In this document: positions 1 to 12,229 of the stretch, in pieces | Numbering within the stretch: position 1 is the stretch's first letter | How the letters are laid out: the number at the start of each line of letters is the position of its first letter | DNA from: Oikopleura dioica | Lineage: Eukaryota > Animalia > Chordata | Assembly: GCA_907165135.1 (NCBI GenBank) | Contig: OU015570.1 | Location: forward strand, 1,302,001 to 1,366,000 | Direction of reading: 5' to 3' | DNA: 64,000 nt | Made by a program: the position numbers and the translations under genes | Notes under the pieces: generated by a model | The model's input: only the letters and a program-made list of their open reading frames with translations | What the model was told of the DNA's origin: nothing | Database searches by the model: none

Positions 1-309
1 CCGGCGACGGAATCGCTGGTCAACATTGACGAGTCAAAATCAAAAACAAAGTTGCGATTCCGTCTATCTTCTGGAAAATAGCTAGTTCAAGGTAAATCAG
101 AAAATAACGCCAATTCTACTAATAAACTCGCAGAATTCAACCAAGACCACACTATCAGCGACATCAAAAAGTTCTGCGACCCTCACACCGGCGGACGCTC
201 TTACGAGCTGCGCTCTGGCTTCCCGCCGAAGCCCCTCGATCTCAATTCCACTTCTTCACTCGTCGAGGCGAAACTGCTCAATGAAACCCTTTTTCAAAGA
301 CTGCTCTAA
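1..309 (+). pseudogene. 3' end of a UBX-domain protein gene (p47/NSFL1C-UBXN2-like), with an in-frame TAG
   Basis: Frame 1 gives NIDESKSKTKLRFRLSSGK*LVQ; a 42-nt GT-AG intron (92-133) follows, then EFNQDHTISDIKKFC...YELRSGFPPKPLD...LVEAKLLNETLFQRLL* (stop 307-309). This matches the UBX pattern RL..G.RLVQ.FN..H.ISDI...FP.K.L. TAG at 79-81. Confidence 0.8.
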
Positions 310-419
310 CAATCTAACAAGTATCACTCACTTCATATTTCTATTCTCACATGTACTGCGTATTTAGTCAATTCTTGCGTTAAAAGTTCAATTCAGCGAT
401 TACAATACAATTAACATGA

Positions 420-1298
420 AATTTTCTGAAATAAAAAGACCTTCAAGTTCAACCGCTATTAATATAAGATTGGAATCAATTAACAATTCTTGTATACAAT
501 TTAAGTGTTCTTCAATTTGAGCAGTCCTATCCACTACTATTCTCTCAGCACGTATGCCTGATGATTTTTCAAAACGCCAGGAGGATTGCTGCTGATTTCG
601 ACTTTTTTTCTTGTCAAAAAAATATTTTGAATCTTGCTCGGTTAAACCGATAGCCTCTTCAATTTCTCTAAAATATGTTTTCTCATCTTAAGTTGAAAAA
701 CAATCAGACTTCGGAGTTCTTCGAAGAGAACATACCTCTGTTATAAAAGCTCGGAAGACTTGATAGTCTTTGTTCGATTTATGAATCCAATCTGTTTGAT
801 GTAGTTAGAGACAAGAGCCCTCCATCCATCGCTTGCAATACAAGCCGAGTCAGATAAATGTTTGAACCAATCCTCCAACGGTCCAAGTTTCATATTTTCG
901 ACGTCGAAGTAATTTTCCTCTTCTAACCTTTCTTTCGCCTTTTTTAAATATAAATATGTCTTGCATGTGCATCCTTTTGATTTTCGTAAGCAAAGAAGTC
1001 GTACTCGCCACGGATACTCTGAAGCCATATTTTAGCGCCTTACCCAGAAATAGGTCGATATGCGTTCAGGCGTTAACTCCAAATGCAACTATTTTTTACC
1101 ATTAGAATCACTCTCCGTAAACGTAAGAGGCCAACGAGGAGAAAACCATGCAACATCACTGCCAACTCTAACCGCTATCCTCCAATTAGTCTTCAAGGGA
1201 AAGCAACCTAAGGCTTGAGGCTCGTCCAATGTTCCGGACAATGGAAGTTTATTGAAGTTCTGAAGACTAGGAGGCTTTGTCGGCCATAACAGCTTCAT
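420..1298 (-). pseudogene. Decayed coding sequence of unknown family
   Basis: ORFs 1089-1298 and 741-1028 plus protein-like text down to ~420, broken by stops; no motif recognised. Confidence 0.3.
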
Positions 1299-1399
1299 TT
1301 TATCTATTAAAAAAATTTAGCCAGAAAATACAGTACGAAATGGCTTTGAATTACAGATTTATCTACAGTTATTCTTCCTCAATCTTCTCTCACTCAATT

Positions 1400-2710
1400 A
1401 ATAATGCAGTATTGTGTAACCTTCAAGTACTTCTTAAAACCGGCAACCTCAATTCCTCCGTCTCACAGACACAAAGTCTCGTAGACAACAGACACCTGCA
1501 AGAACTCATCAACCTCCGAACTTCAACCTTTTAAATTTTTAAAAGAGTGTTTCAAACAACTTTCAAGGAGATGTTTAAATATCTTCTTGATTCTGTCATG
1601 TGATTGATATTTTTTCGAATTTATTTGAATTTTTCTTTCTTTTTTTTTCAGGAAAAAATTTTGCAGAAAAGAAATTTTTGGCACTCATTCTAACTCCTCG
1701 CTCAATTGAACCGGCGCTCTAATTGGCCGGCGAGTTCAAACGAGCGAAGAGTCAGAATGAGCGCGAGTCCAAGTGAGAGAAAAGTCCAAGTGAGTGTGCT
1801 CCAGAATTTTGATGTCCAGAAGTTTCATTAAAAACTGTATAGGTTCAAGAAATTTTTTTTTAAAGAAATTATTTGATTTTCCAAGAAAATAAAAATCTAA
1901 CAAAGGATACTGCTGTAAGAATTCCGATCTGTAACATTTGATTTTAATGATCCCCGCAGATGGAAAATTAACTGAAGAAAAACTATTTCGTCAAAGATCT
2001 TCGATTTAGATAATCACAAATTGGTATACAAAAACAGTCAGGGCTTGCAATTTCTGGCCTTGCAATAACACGGTTTTTGGCGGAAATCCCGAAGATTTTT
2101 GCATTTTCAAAAATAAGGCATTTGTATATTTATCCACGTAGATAAACTAATTATTGAATATGTAAAGAATATATTTTTTTCTAGTGCCCGAAAATAACAG
2201 CAGAATAAAATTGAAGGAACCAAATTTACTTTTCTGAACGTGAAAAACACAATAAATTCATTAAAATTGCAATTTTACCTTAAGATTTCGAGGCTTGCAA
2301 TTACACGGTTTTCGGCAAAAATCCCGAAATAAAAAACAGTGAAATTGCAAGCCCTGACTTACTTAAAAAATTTTGTTAGACGAATCGAGAGTCCCCGAGA
2401 AAACTTGATGTTGATTGTTATTTTTATCAATTTTTTAAATTCGACGAAAATTGACGAAGGAATCTGCATTAAAAGGGTGCGGGGAAAGAATTCCCAGCGA
2501 GGCGCATAGGGTTAACAACGTTTTAAATTATGACATCGGTAATGAATGTAAACAGTCTTGGATATGCTTCAAAAGAAAGAAATTCTAAGAATTACAAAAC
2601 TGGGTCGCCGAAATGCGTTTTATGGGTGAGAATGTGCTTATTTTGGTTTCTTGTAATGAAAGAAAATGATTCTTAGATAAAAATGGATCTTTTTAAGGGG
2701 TTATAAATTA
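1400..2710. repeat. Dispersed repeat; diverged inverted copy at ~53450-54020
   Basis: Segments 1460-1520, 1681-1800 and 2600-2710 match the reverse complement of parts of 53450-54020. Confidence 0.6.
2036..2359. mobile_element. MITE
   Basis: TIR AGTCAGGGCTTGCAATTTC ... GAAATTGCAAGCCCTGACT; no clear TSD. Confidence 0.6.
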
Positions 2711-3401
2711 TAACTTATAATATAAATACATATATACATATATTAGTATAAATCACATCTTTCCTGAAAATTTTTGAGCAAAAATGCTCATGATCCTCCG
2801 AAAAGTTAACCTTGTGCAGATAAGCTAGAGCGTCGAACAACCCTCTGATCATGATTTTCCTCGATAGATTAGCGATTTCCGACTGAGCCTCGCTGTTTCC
2901 CGCAGAGTTGGGCAGTTCGGCCGTGTTGGGCTTGTCACCCGCTGGGGGGGCAGGCGAATCCACATTATACCTACCGGGTGTGCCCATCTCCTACCGCGTT
3001 ACTCGCGTGTGCCTCAGCTGCTGCACCCTCGCGCCTCTCGCGCGCCCTTTTAGAATTCGCTCTAGCGAGTGCGTGGAGAAGTTCTTTTTTCCCCTGCCAG
3101 AACGGCGTTCTGCAAATACAGAACGGCGTTCTGCAAATGCAGAATGGCGTTCTGCATAAGGATTTTTTTTACGATGTAACTTGATTCTTATCAGTTTTAA
3201 CGCATTCAGCGAAGCTTAAAGAGTAACTCCTGACTTAAGAAATTCCGAGATTTCCTTTAAGACAGGCGCGAAGCGCATATATTTTTTGAGTGCAGAACGC
3301 CGTTCTGTATTTGCAGAACGCCATTTCGCATTTGCAGAACGCCGTTCTGCTGCAGAACGTGGCCGCCCTACACCCACTTTTCGTGAATAATATTTAATAA
3401 C

Positions 3402-3485
3402 CTGCGTCCAATGATTATCTCCCGGACAATATGTTTCTACGGAGCTCATGCACTCGGTTCCACTGAATCCCCCGCAAATAAATAT
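3402..3485 (-). pseudogene. Kelch-repeat exon (Kelch-like gene remnant)
   Basis: Phase-0 exon bounded by AG/GT encoding IFICGGFSGTECMSSVETYCPGDNHWTQ (GG, Y and W kelch hallmarks). A decayed kelch-like stretch (AVG-DGHTR with stops) lies near 2960-3045. Confidence 0.65.
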
Positions 3486-4170
3486 CTTTTGTAATTGAGA
3501 AATCGTAAAAAAATCGCTTGGGCTTGTATTGGAAAGACCGCGCGCGGCTGGGCGCTTTCTGCCCAAAATACCATGTTCCATGGAGTTAAGCTCTAAGTGG
3601 AGATATGAGAATCTGAGCGACGGAGGCCCTATCCGTCGCTCGATCTGAGCGCGCCTAATTCAGCGTCAAAACCTGCAGATAAATTTTTATCACCTTATTA
3701 TAACAAAATCTGGGTGACCGAATGTTGCAAGCCTCGTTGTTGTTGAGATCCTGTTGAGGTGACGCTCAGTTCACGACACCCATATTTTGCAGTTTTGTTT
3801 CTAGAATTGTTGTGCCAGTGGGCGCGGCGCGAGTCGAAAAACTCATTCGCGTAAAAGCACGCTCGACGAGGCCGATTTCTCGGATTTATCCGATACGACC
3901 ACCGTAGCTTAGGGTGGTCAATTTGGGAGTGGTCAATTTGGGACTTTTGGTCAAAATCCGAAAAATTGTGAAAATCAACTTCAAAAAATTGGAATTTTTT
4001 AGTGAAATCCGCAGTTCCACCGCTTCTCACATTCATAATTTCATCGTATATCGAGTATATTTAGTTTCTTACGGTAGCCTTCAGAAGGTTTGACTGAATA
4101 TTTTTATATCTTCTCCTTTTTTGACCTACCCTTCACGTTACTACATTAGACTTACCAAAAACGCTCTTAA

Positions 4171-5342
4171 GGGTAGAGTAGGATCTTCGCGCGCGCCCTT
4201 TTCACACTTTTCCTCATGCCCACTGAATCTGATGGGATAATGGTACTCAAAAATTTATTTTTTATTGTCACCCTTAAATTTAAATAGCTTTCTAGTCGTG
4301 TGAATTATTTCTCTCTAGCTAATACCGTTGAGCTACAATTCACTATCAATATTTTTCTTCTTTTGCTATCTCCTCCGAGGTTATTGAGAAGAATCAGATG
4401 AAATTGGTATCGCTTGAAAGAACTTTTTTGGACTTCTATAAATGGCCTATTACATTCCAAATTTGTACTCAAGTCGACCGTAATAATCGATTATTTGTTT
4501 TGTCCTGCGCGCTCCGCAATTTCTCACCTTATCACTCGCCTCCTTTTTGTGACACTTTCTCAATAATCGAGTGTTACGATCAACTCGAGTGCAAATTGAG
4601 AAGGTAATAGGCCATTTATAAAAGTTCAAAAAAGCTCTTTCTAACGATACTAATTTCATCTTGCTACTCTCACTTACCTCGGAGGAGATAGCAAAAGAAG
4701 AAAAAATTGATAGTGAATTTTGGTCGACACTGGTTATGTCGCCGAATGTCGCCGAATGTCGCCGAATGTCGCTGAATGTCGCCGAATGTCGCCGAATGTC
4801 GCCGAATGTCGCCACCTATTTTTTAAAACCAGGATTTTTGGAAAGAAAACTAGTTTTCAACCAAGAAATTTCAAAACAAACTTGTTCTAGAACTGTTTTA
4901 GCATAATTTCGAGGCAAGGAAGCGCTCCGCGCAATTTGTGGTAGGAAACTCACTGGTCGGGCTGGACACACTTCTATTGCCGCGCCTCCTACTATTCCCG
5001 CCTTTTACGGTTCTAGAACAAGTTTGTTTTGAATATTTGAGCCAAAAAACAATTTTTCTTTCATAATTCCTATTTTTCGAAAATAAGTGGCGACATTCGG
5101 CGACATTCGGCGACATTCAGCGACATTCGGCGACATTCGGCGACATTCGGCGACATAACCAGTGCGCCCCTGAATTTTAGCTCTACTATTTTAGCTAGAA
5201 AGAAATGATTAACACGACTAGAAAGCATTTAAAATTTAAGGGTGATTATTAAAAAGAAATTTTCGAGTAGCATTATCCCATCAGATTCTGTGGGCACGGG
5301 AAAAAGTGTGAAAAGGGCGCGCGTGAAGATCCTACTCTACCC
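4171..5342. mobile_element. Non-autonomous TTAA element with GG...CC ends (Kolobok-like)
   Basis: TTAA|GGGTAGAGTAGGATCTTC ... GAAGATCCTACTCTACCC|TTAA; ~170-bp imperfect TIRs; internal inverted pair ~4390-4490/4565-4660. Confidence 0.75.
4728..5164. mobile_element. MITE whose TIRs are arrays of a 10-bp unit (ATGTCGCCGA)
   Basis: CACTGGTTATGTCGCCGA(ATGTCGCCGA)n at 4728-4815 is mirrored by (CGACATTCGG)n...CATAACCAGTG at ~5085-5164. Confidence 0.8.
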
Positions 5343-5973
5343 TTAAGTTGGAAAATTTACGATTAAACTAGGATGACAGTGGGAAAAAATGATGAATGAA
5401 AATGCATAAAATGATTTTTTCCAAAACTCTAAAAATGCATCTGCGGTCATTTTACCTATTTATGATAAAAAATACGATCTTTGAATCAGAGGCTATTGTT
5501 TCACCTGAAAAAAGCGTAGAAAACAATTTTTTCAATGATTTTTCAGGTTGAAATAATCGTTATTCTAATAATTAACCTGTTGCCGAGCGCTACGCTACAT
5601 TGGTTTGCCGCTCGCGCAGTATCCGGAATGCTACGACTTTGAGCGCATTTTTCTCCCACTTTAACTATGTCTTTTTCATAATTTTTACTTGTGGGTATTT
5701 ACTAAACCCTCTGAAGCTAGATTCATACTTTTTCACAAAGTTTCCGAAAAGTTAAAAGACCGAAAATCAAGAAAGAATGACGGTTCTTTCGGCGGCGCCA
5801 TTGTTGAAGTCTAGAGAAAAGACAATGGCGCGCCGCAAAACAATAGGATGCTACGCGCTCGGCAACGGGTTAATTAAAAATTCCTAAAAACGCTCTAAAG
5901 TTGGGATTTTTTAGATAACAAAATTTGGAAAATATTGGCAAAAACGCTTGGGCACTCTTAAGATGGAAAACCA

Positions 5974-7758
5974 CGGTATATGAATCTGCGTAGAATTTGA
6001 AGCTCTATGCCTGTATCATATCAGATTCTCGATATCTCCGAAATTGCCGGTTTTTATCGGTTTTTCATTGAAATTATCGGTTTTATATGTTATTCTGATT
6101 CATTTTTGACGAAAAATCTATCTGTAAACAAATAACGCCGATATAACAAGAAAAACCGGTTAAAATATCGGTTTTCCTTTTAACTCTTTATAAAAAGTCG
6201 GTTCTCAAAGCTTTTCGGATGCATTTTCCTTCTTTGTAATTCAATTTGTGCTTATACAAAATAAGTAACTTTTATTCTAATCGGTTTTCGGGCTTTTCGG
6301 TCAAAGTATCGGTCAAGATCATTCAAAAATAGGTTAATTCTGGCTTCAAGGCCGTCAATAGGAAGTATGCAATTAGCCTGGCCCCCTTGTTTTGAAGTCT
6401 CAAAAACATGTTCTAGAGATTTTTAGAAAAATGCCTTGGAAATATATAATGGCCAGAACTCCACTTATTTTTGGTAAAAATTAATTTTTTATTCTAGATT
6501 AAGCATAATAGGGCTCAGAATGCGCTCCGCGCCTGATTTTATAGAGAAACTCATTTGGGAAGGTGGCCAACTTTCTCCACCTTCGCGCCTCTATTTTCCT
6601 TAAAAATCTCTAGAACATGTTTTTAGACTCCAAAACAAGGGGCCAGGCTAATTGCAACCCTCCCGTCAATACTGCCTTCATAGCCCCAAAATTTTTTTGC
6701 TTTCCGCCGCTTAATTTTTTAACTCTCCTTTAACGTCTGAGAAGCAAGGATTGGAGTTAGTGACGTCCTGATCGGCGTAAAGAAGTCGGAATTGACGATC
6801 GATATGTCGGGATTGCCGTCTTAAAAGCCAGGATCGAAGTTGTTGAAGCCGTGATTGAAGTTGGTGAAGTAGGGAGAGACCAATGTTTGAAAAAATGATG
6901 ACCGCGAGCCGCGAGCGAGGGCTCATTCTCACTCACTCAGGTGAAATTTCAAGGCCACTGCTCGCGCTCACTCACCCACCTTAAAAATGCGAGATCTCTG
7001 GTCGCGCTCGCTCACGGCCTATTATTATGCTAATCTCTTGCTCGCTCACTCATGAAAAAATTTGGAGCCTTTTCTCGCGCTCGCTCACTCACGAAAAATT
7101 TTGGGAGGCTCTGCTCACGTTTACTCGCTCATCTTAGTTTTGACCATTTTTTCGAAGCCTTTTCGGCCAATAACAGTCGGTCATAAAAGCCTCACTTGCC
7201 TTTTTTACTCAAAATGCACTCGAAATAGATGAAAATTGCCTCCAGAACCGGTGAAAGGCAGAGAACGAGCTCTAGAGGACATTCACACCAACCTTACCAA
7301 AGATAATCTCCTGGCAATCGGCGATTTATTGAAAATAGACAAATATGGGGTCTTTCGAAAGCTAAGAATATACTTCAGTATAAGTGTAAGTGAGAAAATC
7401 ATGACCGCACTAGAATTAATGCCGGAAAACCGATTTTAGATCATATTATAGCTTTGAAGCCGGTAATTATCCAATATATTTATTCTTGAGGATTAACAGG
7501 TAAGCTTGCAGAAGAAAACGCATCGAAATTACATGAAAACCGATAATTTACTAGGAAAACCGATATTTTTATCGGTTTATTCTTGTTATATCGGCGTTAT
7601 TTAATGGCAGATAGATTCTTCGTCGAAAATGAATCAGAATAACATATAAAACCGTTAATTTCAATTAAAAACCGATAAAAACCGGCAATTTCGGAGATAT
7701 CGGAAATCTGATATGATACAGGCATGTAAATTCAAATTTTACGCCGATTCATATACAG
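5974..7758. mobile_element. Foldback-type element with ~200-bp TIRs
   Basis: 5974-6180 is the reverse complement of 7555-7758 (GTATATGAATC...GATTCATATAC). Confidence 0.7.
6361..6663. mobile_element. MITE nested in the foldback element
   Basis: TIR TGCAATTAGCCTGGCCCC...CATGTTCTAGAGATTTT and its reverse complement at 6603-6655. Confidence 0.7.
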
Positions 7759-7893
7759 TTAACTAGCACAATTTGGCCCCGCACAATTCGGCCCTTTTTC
7801 GAATTTTGCTAAAACGTTAGAAACTCGCACAATTTGGCCCCCTGCCCTCTTCATCAAACTAAAAATAGGACAAAAGCTTTATTTTATAGATAT

Positions 7894-8140
7894 CCGGGAT
7901 GTGCCTTTTACTATTTTTTCGAGTGCGGTGCGGTGCGAAGTGCGATTTTTTGCGGATTTTTCTGCGGTGCGAAGTGCGATATTTTCAAATTTTTCTTCGT
8001 AGTGCGACGCAGAGTGCGAAGTGCGAAATATCATATTTCAAATATGGAAGAAAATTGCGGAAAATTTTGCGATAGTGCGAAAAGTGCAAAAGTGCGAAGT
8101 GCGGAAAATTTATGGAAAATGCAAAATAATTGCGATTTTT
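7894..8140. repeat. GTGCGA/TGCGG-rich dispersed repeat (also ~55040-55700 and 56805-57010)
   Basis: Repeated TGCGGTGCGAAGTGCGA units preceded by (C/G)GGGATGT(G/A)C; near-identical block at 55040-55330. Confidence 0.7.
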
Positions 8141-9427
8141 TGAGAGAATAGGAACAATAAAAACTGCCAAAATTTTCTCCCTCGGCCCGAATAGAAAAAA
8201 TTTTCAATACTTTCAACCAAAACCATAATCAAGCTAAAAATAATGATAATTTGAATTTTTTAAATGATGGGTGTGAGTGGGGTTGGGACAGAATTGATCA
8301 ACTCAGAGTTCAAAGCCTGTGTCAAGCCCCTTAAACTTAAAAATCATGCAACGGAGCTGAGACGGCCCTTGTTCGGGGCATTTTTTGACCAAAAAATCTG
8401 TAATTTTAGCGAGAGTGGGACTTTTTCGTCATTTTTCGTCAAAAAGTCCGATTTTCAAACGCGATTTTGAGGGCAGAGTTCGAAATCTGGTAGAAAATCC
8501 GTGCTCCCGCTCCCTCCCTACTCCCTCACCCTGAAAAAGGGAGCTCCCTCGTAAAAACCGTGCTCCTGCTCCCTCCCTGCTCCCAAAAAGGGAGCTCCCT
8601 TTAGGAGCTCCCAATTTCGCTCCCTTTTTTCAAATTTCAAAAATTTTCGAAAGTTTTTAATTTTATTAAGTAAACTCTAAGTAGCAAAACCATCGTTGTA
8701 TGGTTATTATATAGCAATGATAAAGAAAGTATAAATGGGCATAATGCCAAATAGGCGAATTTCGTGAATGACTTCAATATTTTCTTATTAAAATTACATA
8801 ACCAAATTGAGGTCAATTTTAGGCTATTTATTTATATCAAATTTCAGAAGAGACATTTAAAAATAAATCTAATCAAAAAACGTCTCTTCTAATGAAAATC
8901 TGAGCAATCACGGTATCATAATTAATAATTATGCTTATAATCTGAGAAAAATACATTATGTTGAAATTATCAAATTGAGGGTGTTAGAGTCGAGATAGAC
9001 CCATAAAAATACGGCTCAAAATCGTTTTTTGGCCCGAAGAATCCATTTCCGGGGTCAAAATTTTGAAATTCCGAAAATAGATTTTTCGAAAATTGTTGAC
9101 GGGGGTCACGCATAGGGGTAGCTTTGATCGTCACGCATAGGGTTCACACAAGAAACAAAATTAACTAGTGTTTAAAAGATTAACTTCTTAAAACAAGCAA
9201 AAACAACATCAACTGACAGTTAATCAATCGGGGCTCAAAAAGAGTTTTTCGGAACTCGCACAATTCGGACCCGCACAATTCGGCCCTTTTTCGACATATC
9301 GCAAAAACAAAAAGGGCCAAATTGTGCGATAGATGTCTGGGGCTACCATGTAACCCGTCGGAGCTAGAGCAAAAGTAAGATTGCCCCGGTAATTTTGTAA
9401 CGGCTCTTAGCTTTTTATATAAACCAG

Positions 9428-10312
9428 GTGTCAAATGTACCCCTGCTTTGGGAGTATACGGACGGCAAAAATCCGGATTCGACTGGTAGCTTGTCAGTGC
9501 AAGCGAATCTTGGGATGTTCGAGGAATGGAGAGCTGCAGGCCGGTACAATGTCATAGCCGGTATCGAGCACTGCCAAGTCAATTTGATGCGTGATGGCTT
9601 CATGGATAATGAGCATCAGACGAGAGCGTAATGTGAACTCCAGGATTTGCCGGTTAACCGGTATTTCAAACGCGTCAACGGTCGTCAAACGTCCGCAGCA
9701 GATGAAGTCCAGATGAAGTCCTTGCAGTGGTCAGGCGGATTATGCCCGTTATTTGCGCTCCCGTTGAGGATACCTCCAAGGAACCCGTGAAAAATGGGTT
9801 TGTTATGAACCTGAACCATTATGCACGGATTATGATCCGGGATTATGCTGACAATTCCAAGTCCAATGACTCCCTGAAATTCCTTCGGTTTATGAGGGAA
9901 GCGTTCTAACGCGCTTAACGAGATAGTTAAGAATTAATTGAAAAAAGTTATGACAAACAACTAAGTAGTTCCGGGAAGGCTTCCCAGAGGCACTTGGGCA
10001 GCAGCAGATTCAGGGAAGAGTATTGTACTGAACCGGACAAATTTAACCCATTCGCCGAGAGTGTGGCTTGCTCTATGCGGGACACGCCTGGATCCTCGGA
10101 AATGGGATGCCATTTTGGAAAAGATTGCTCATAAACGGAAGCTAAAATTTAAAGATCTTTTATCCAGGGACATTATCATTGAGAAAAAATTGTACCTGGA
10201 TGAAATTGATAAAGCTTCAAAAGCCGGCGGACATGCGGGGTTGACACAAATCGAGCTAAGGCAAACATTACGGTCTACGATAGTATTGATCATTTGGTAC
10301 CATCACCTGTAA
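9428..10312 (+). pseudogene. Fragmented coding sequence of unknown family
   Basis: Three consecutive plus-strand ORFs (9428-9631, 9727-9909, 10061-10312) in a less AT-rich island; no motif recognised. Confidence 0.3.
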
Positions 10313-10609
10313 TTCTGTCTCATTTTCAATAAGGAGGAGGAGCAGAGAGATCATCGAGATTCTCAATCAAAATTTCAGTGCCTTTGACTCAAAGACAGTC
10401 AGAATTGATTCTCATCATTTTTAAAATGCCTTGAGGGACATTGACACAACTAACTGGTGAACAAAACTGATTTTAAAAGTGTAAGCAAACGATTCCAACT
10501 AGAAGCTCAAACTGGTAGTTCGACTATTGACTCATTTCTGTCACAACCAAAGCCGTACAAGAACATGGTTTTATGGGTCATCATAACACATATTTCACTT
10601 CTTGGTAGT

Positions 10610-11470
10610 AGGGATTTCCTTTTCGGCAGAAATGCCGAAAACTTCGATGGTTTTTCTGATTTCCTTTTCGGCAGCTTGCCGAAAAGTATTTCCAATTTCA
10701 AGCCTTTTTCAGGAATACTTTTCGGCAGAGTGCCGAAAAGGAAAACACAATGTAAAGAAAGCTTTTCGGCTAAATGCCGAAATGAAAATCATAATTTAAT
10801 GAATTCTTTTCGGCAAAGTGCCGAAATGGAAATCATTATTTGGGGAAAACTTTTCGGCAAGCTTTTTTATTCAAGTTTACATGAAAAGCTCTACTTTTAG
10901 GTAGAAAATTATCAAATCTAATCATCCCCTACCTGGGGGCTCCGCCCCCTAGGTCCTAAAATGCCGGGGTCTAGTCTAGGGTTACTTAGGGTTACCTGCG
11001 GTAACCCTAACTAACCCTAGCCTATCCCCCTCGGGTAAGGTTGTTCTGTCATTTTGCCCAGTGCCCCTAACCCTAACCTTTATTTTAGAATTAAGCATGA
11101 AATTAAGCATTATGCTTATTTATTCTTTCCTGCAAAATTTAAAAGTTTCCTTAAAAAATTAATGCATCACTCTTAATTTCTAGAAGCATATACTGTCTTC
11201 TTCTTTCTAGACTTTTGAATTCTTTCTTTAAAATGTGCCGAAAAGCTTTTCCGAAAAACGAATGAAATCAAGTAAATGCTTTCGGCAGATCTGCCGAAAA
11301 GCTTTCCCTCTAACAGGAAACAATTCTGATTTCTAATTCGGCGAAGTGCCGAAAAGCTTTTCTAATAAATAGGTTAAACATGGTAATACTTTTCGGCAGT
11401 GTGCCGAAAAGTAAATCAGAATTATGCCTTCAAAATGATTTTCTTTTCGGCTGCATTTGCCGAAAAGGAA
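10610..11470. repeat. TTTTCGGC/GCCGAAAA-rich repeat blocks flanking a telomere-like hairpin
   Basis: Many TTTTCGGC(A)...GCCGAAA units at 10610-10870 and 11235-11470. Confidence 0.55.
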
Positions 11471-11731
11471 ATCCTTACTACGCACTTCTTCGAGCATAAC
11501 ATGTTTGATCTGTTTACTCCAATTCTTGTCGACCAAGGATACGATGGAAAACTCTCCTGCGATATCGCTTGTAAAGGTGACCCTCAGTCTCTGATGATCC
11601 CGACGATTTCTAAACAGAACAGCTTAGAATGCAGTAAACTTTGGAAGAATGCGAAGGAATTTAATCCATTACTGAATGATTTTCAAAGCATCGAGCCACT
11701 GATAGAACTGGCATCGAAGACTTAGGAAGAC

Positions 11732-12137
11732 ACTGAATTGTGCCGCCTTGCGCCGCCCTGCGCCCCCTGTGCCGCCCAGCCTCACCGGGTTTGAAGATAT
11801 TTGGTCTTTCAAAGGCCATAATTTAAGATTTTAATGTCAACTTAGTTATTCTCACTTATATTGTCAAACAGTTCAGATAAGTAAAACCGATAATTAAGGG
11901 TGCCAGTAGCGTTGTTCTCAATCAAATTCAGATCTTGCATAAAATCACTAATATATTGAGCACGCGACGGGTCAAAGGCCCTTACGCGTGCATTTTCTGG
12001 TAGAGAACTCATTGGGTTGGCGGGGCCCAACTCTCGCTCTTGTTCAGAACTCTTTCCTAGGTCATGGCTTGGTTTAATGAGAGTCGATTGGTTCCGGACC
12101 GGGCGACGCTGGGCGGCGCAGGGCGGCACAATTCAGT
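11732..12137. mobile_element. MITE
   Basis: TIR ACTGAATTGTGCCGCC ... GGCGGCACAATTCAGT. Confidence 0.65.
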
Positions 12138-12229
12138 ACCCCCAAGACTTATAATGCTAATGAAGCTAGAAATCTCCCTCCGCGCACCTCATCCGCGAAT
12201 TTTGGAAGAAAATTTGCCATTATCAATTG

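Noticed and set aside
741-1028. WRKY/FLYWCH-like finger suggesting a MULE transposase
   Set aside because: RLLC...GCTC lacks the closing HxH and no DDE core is visible.
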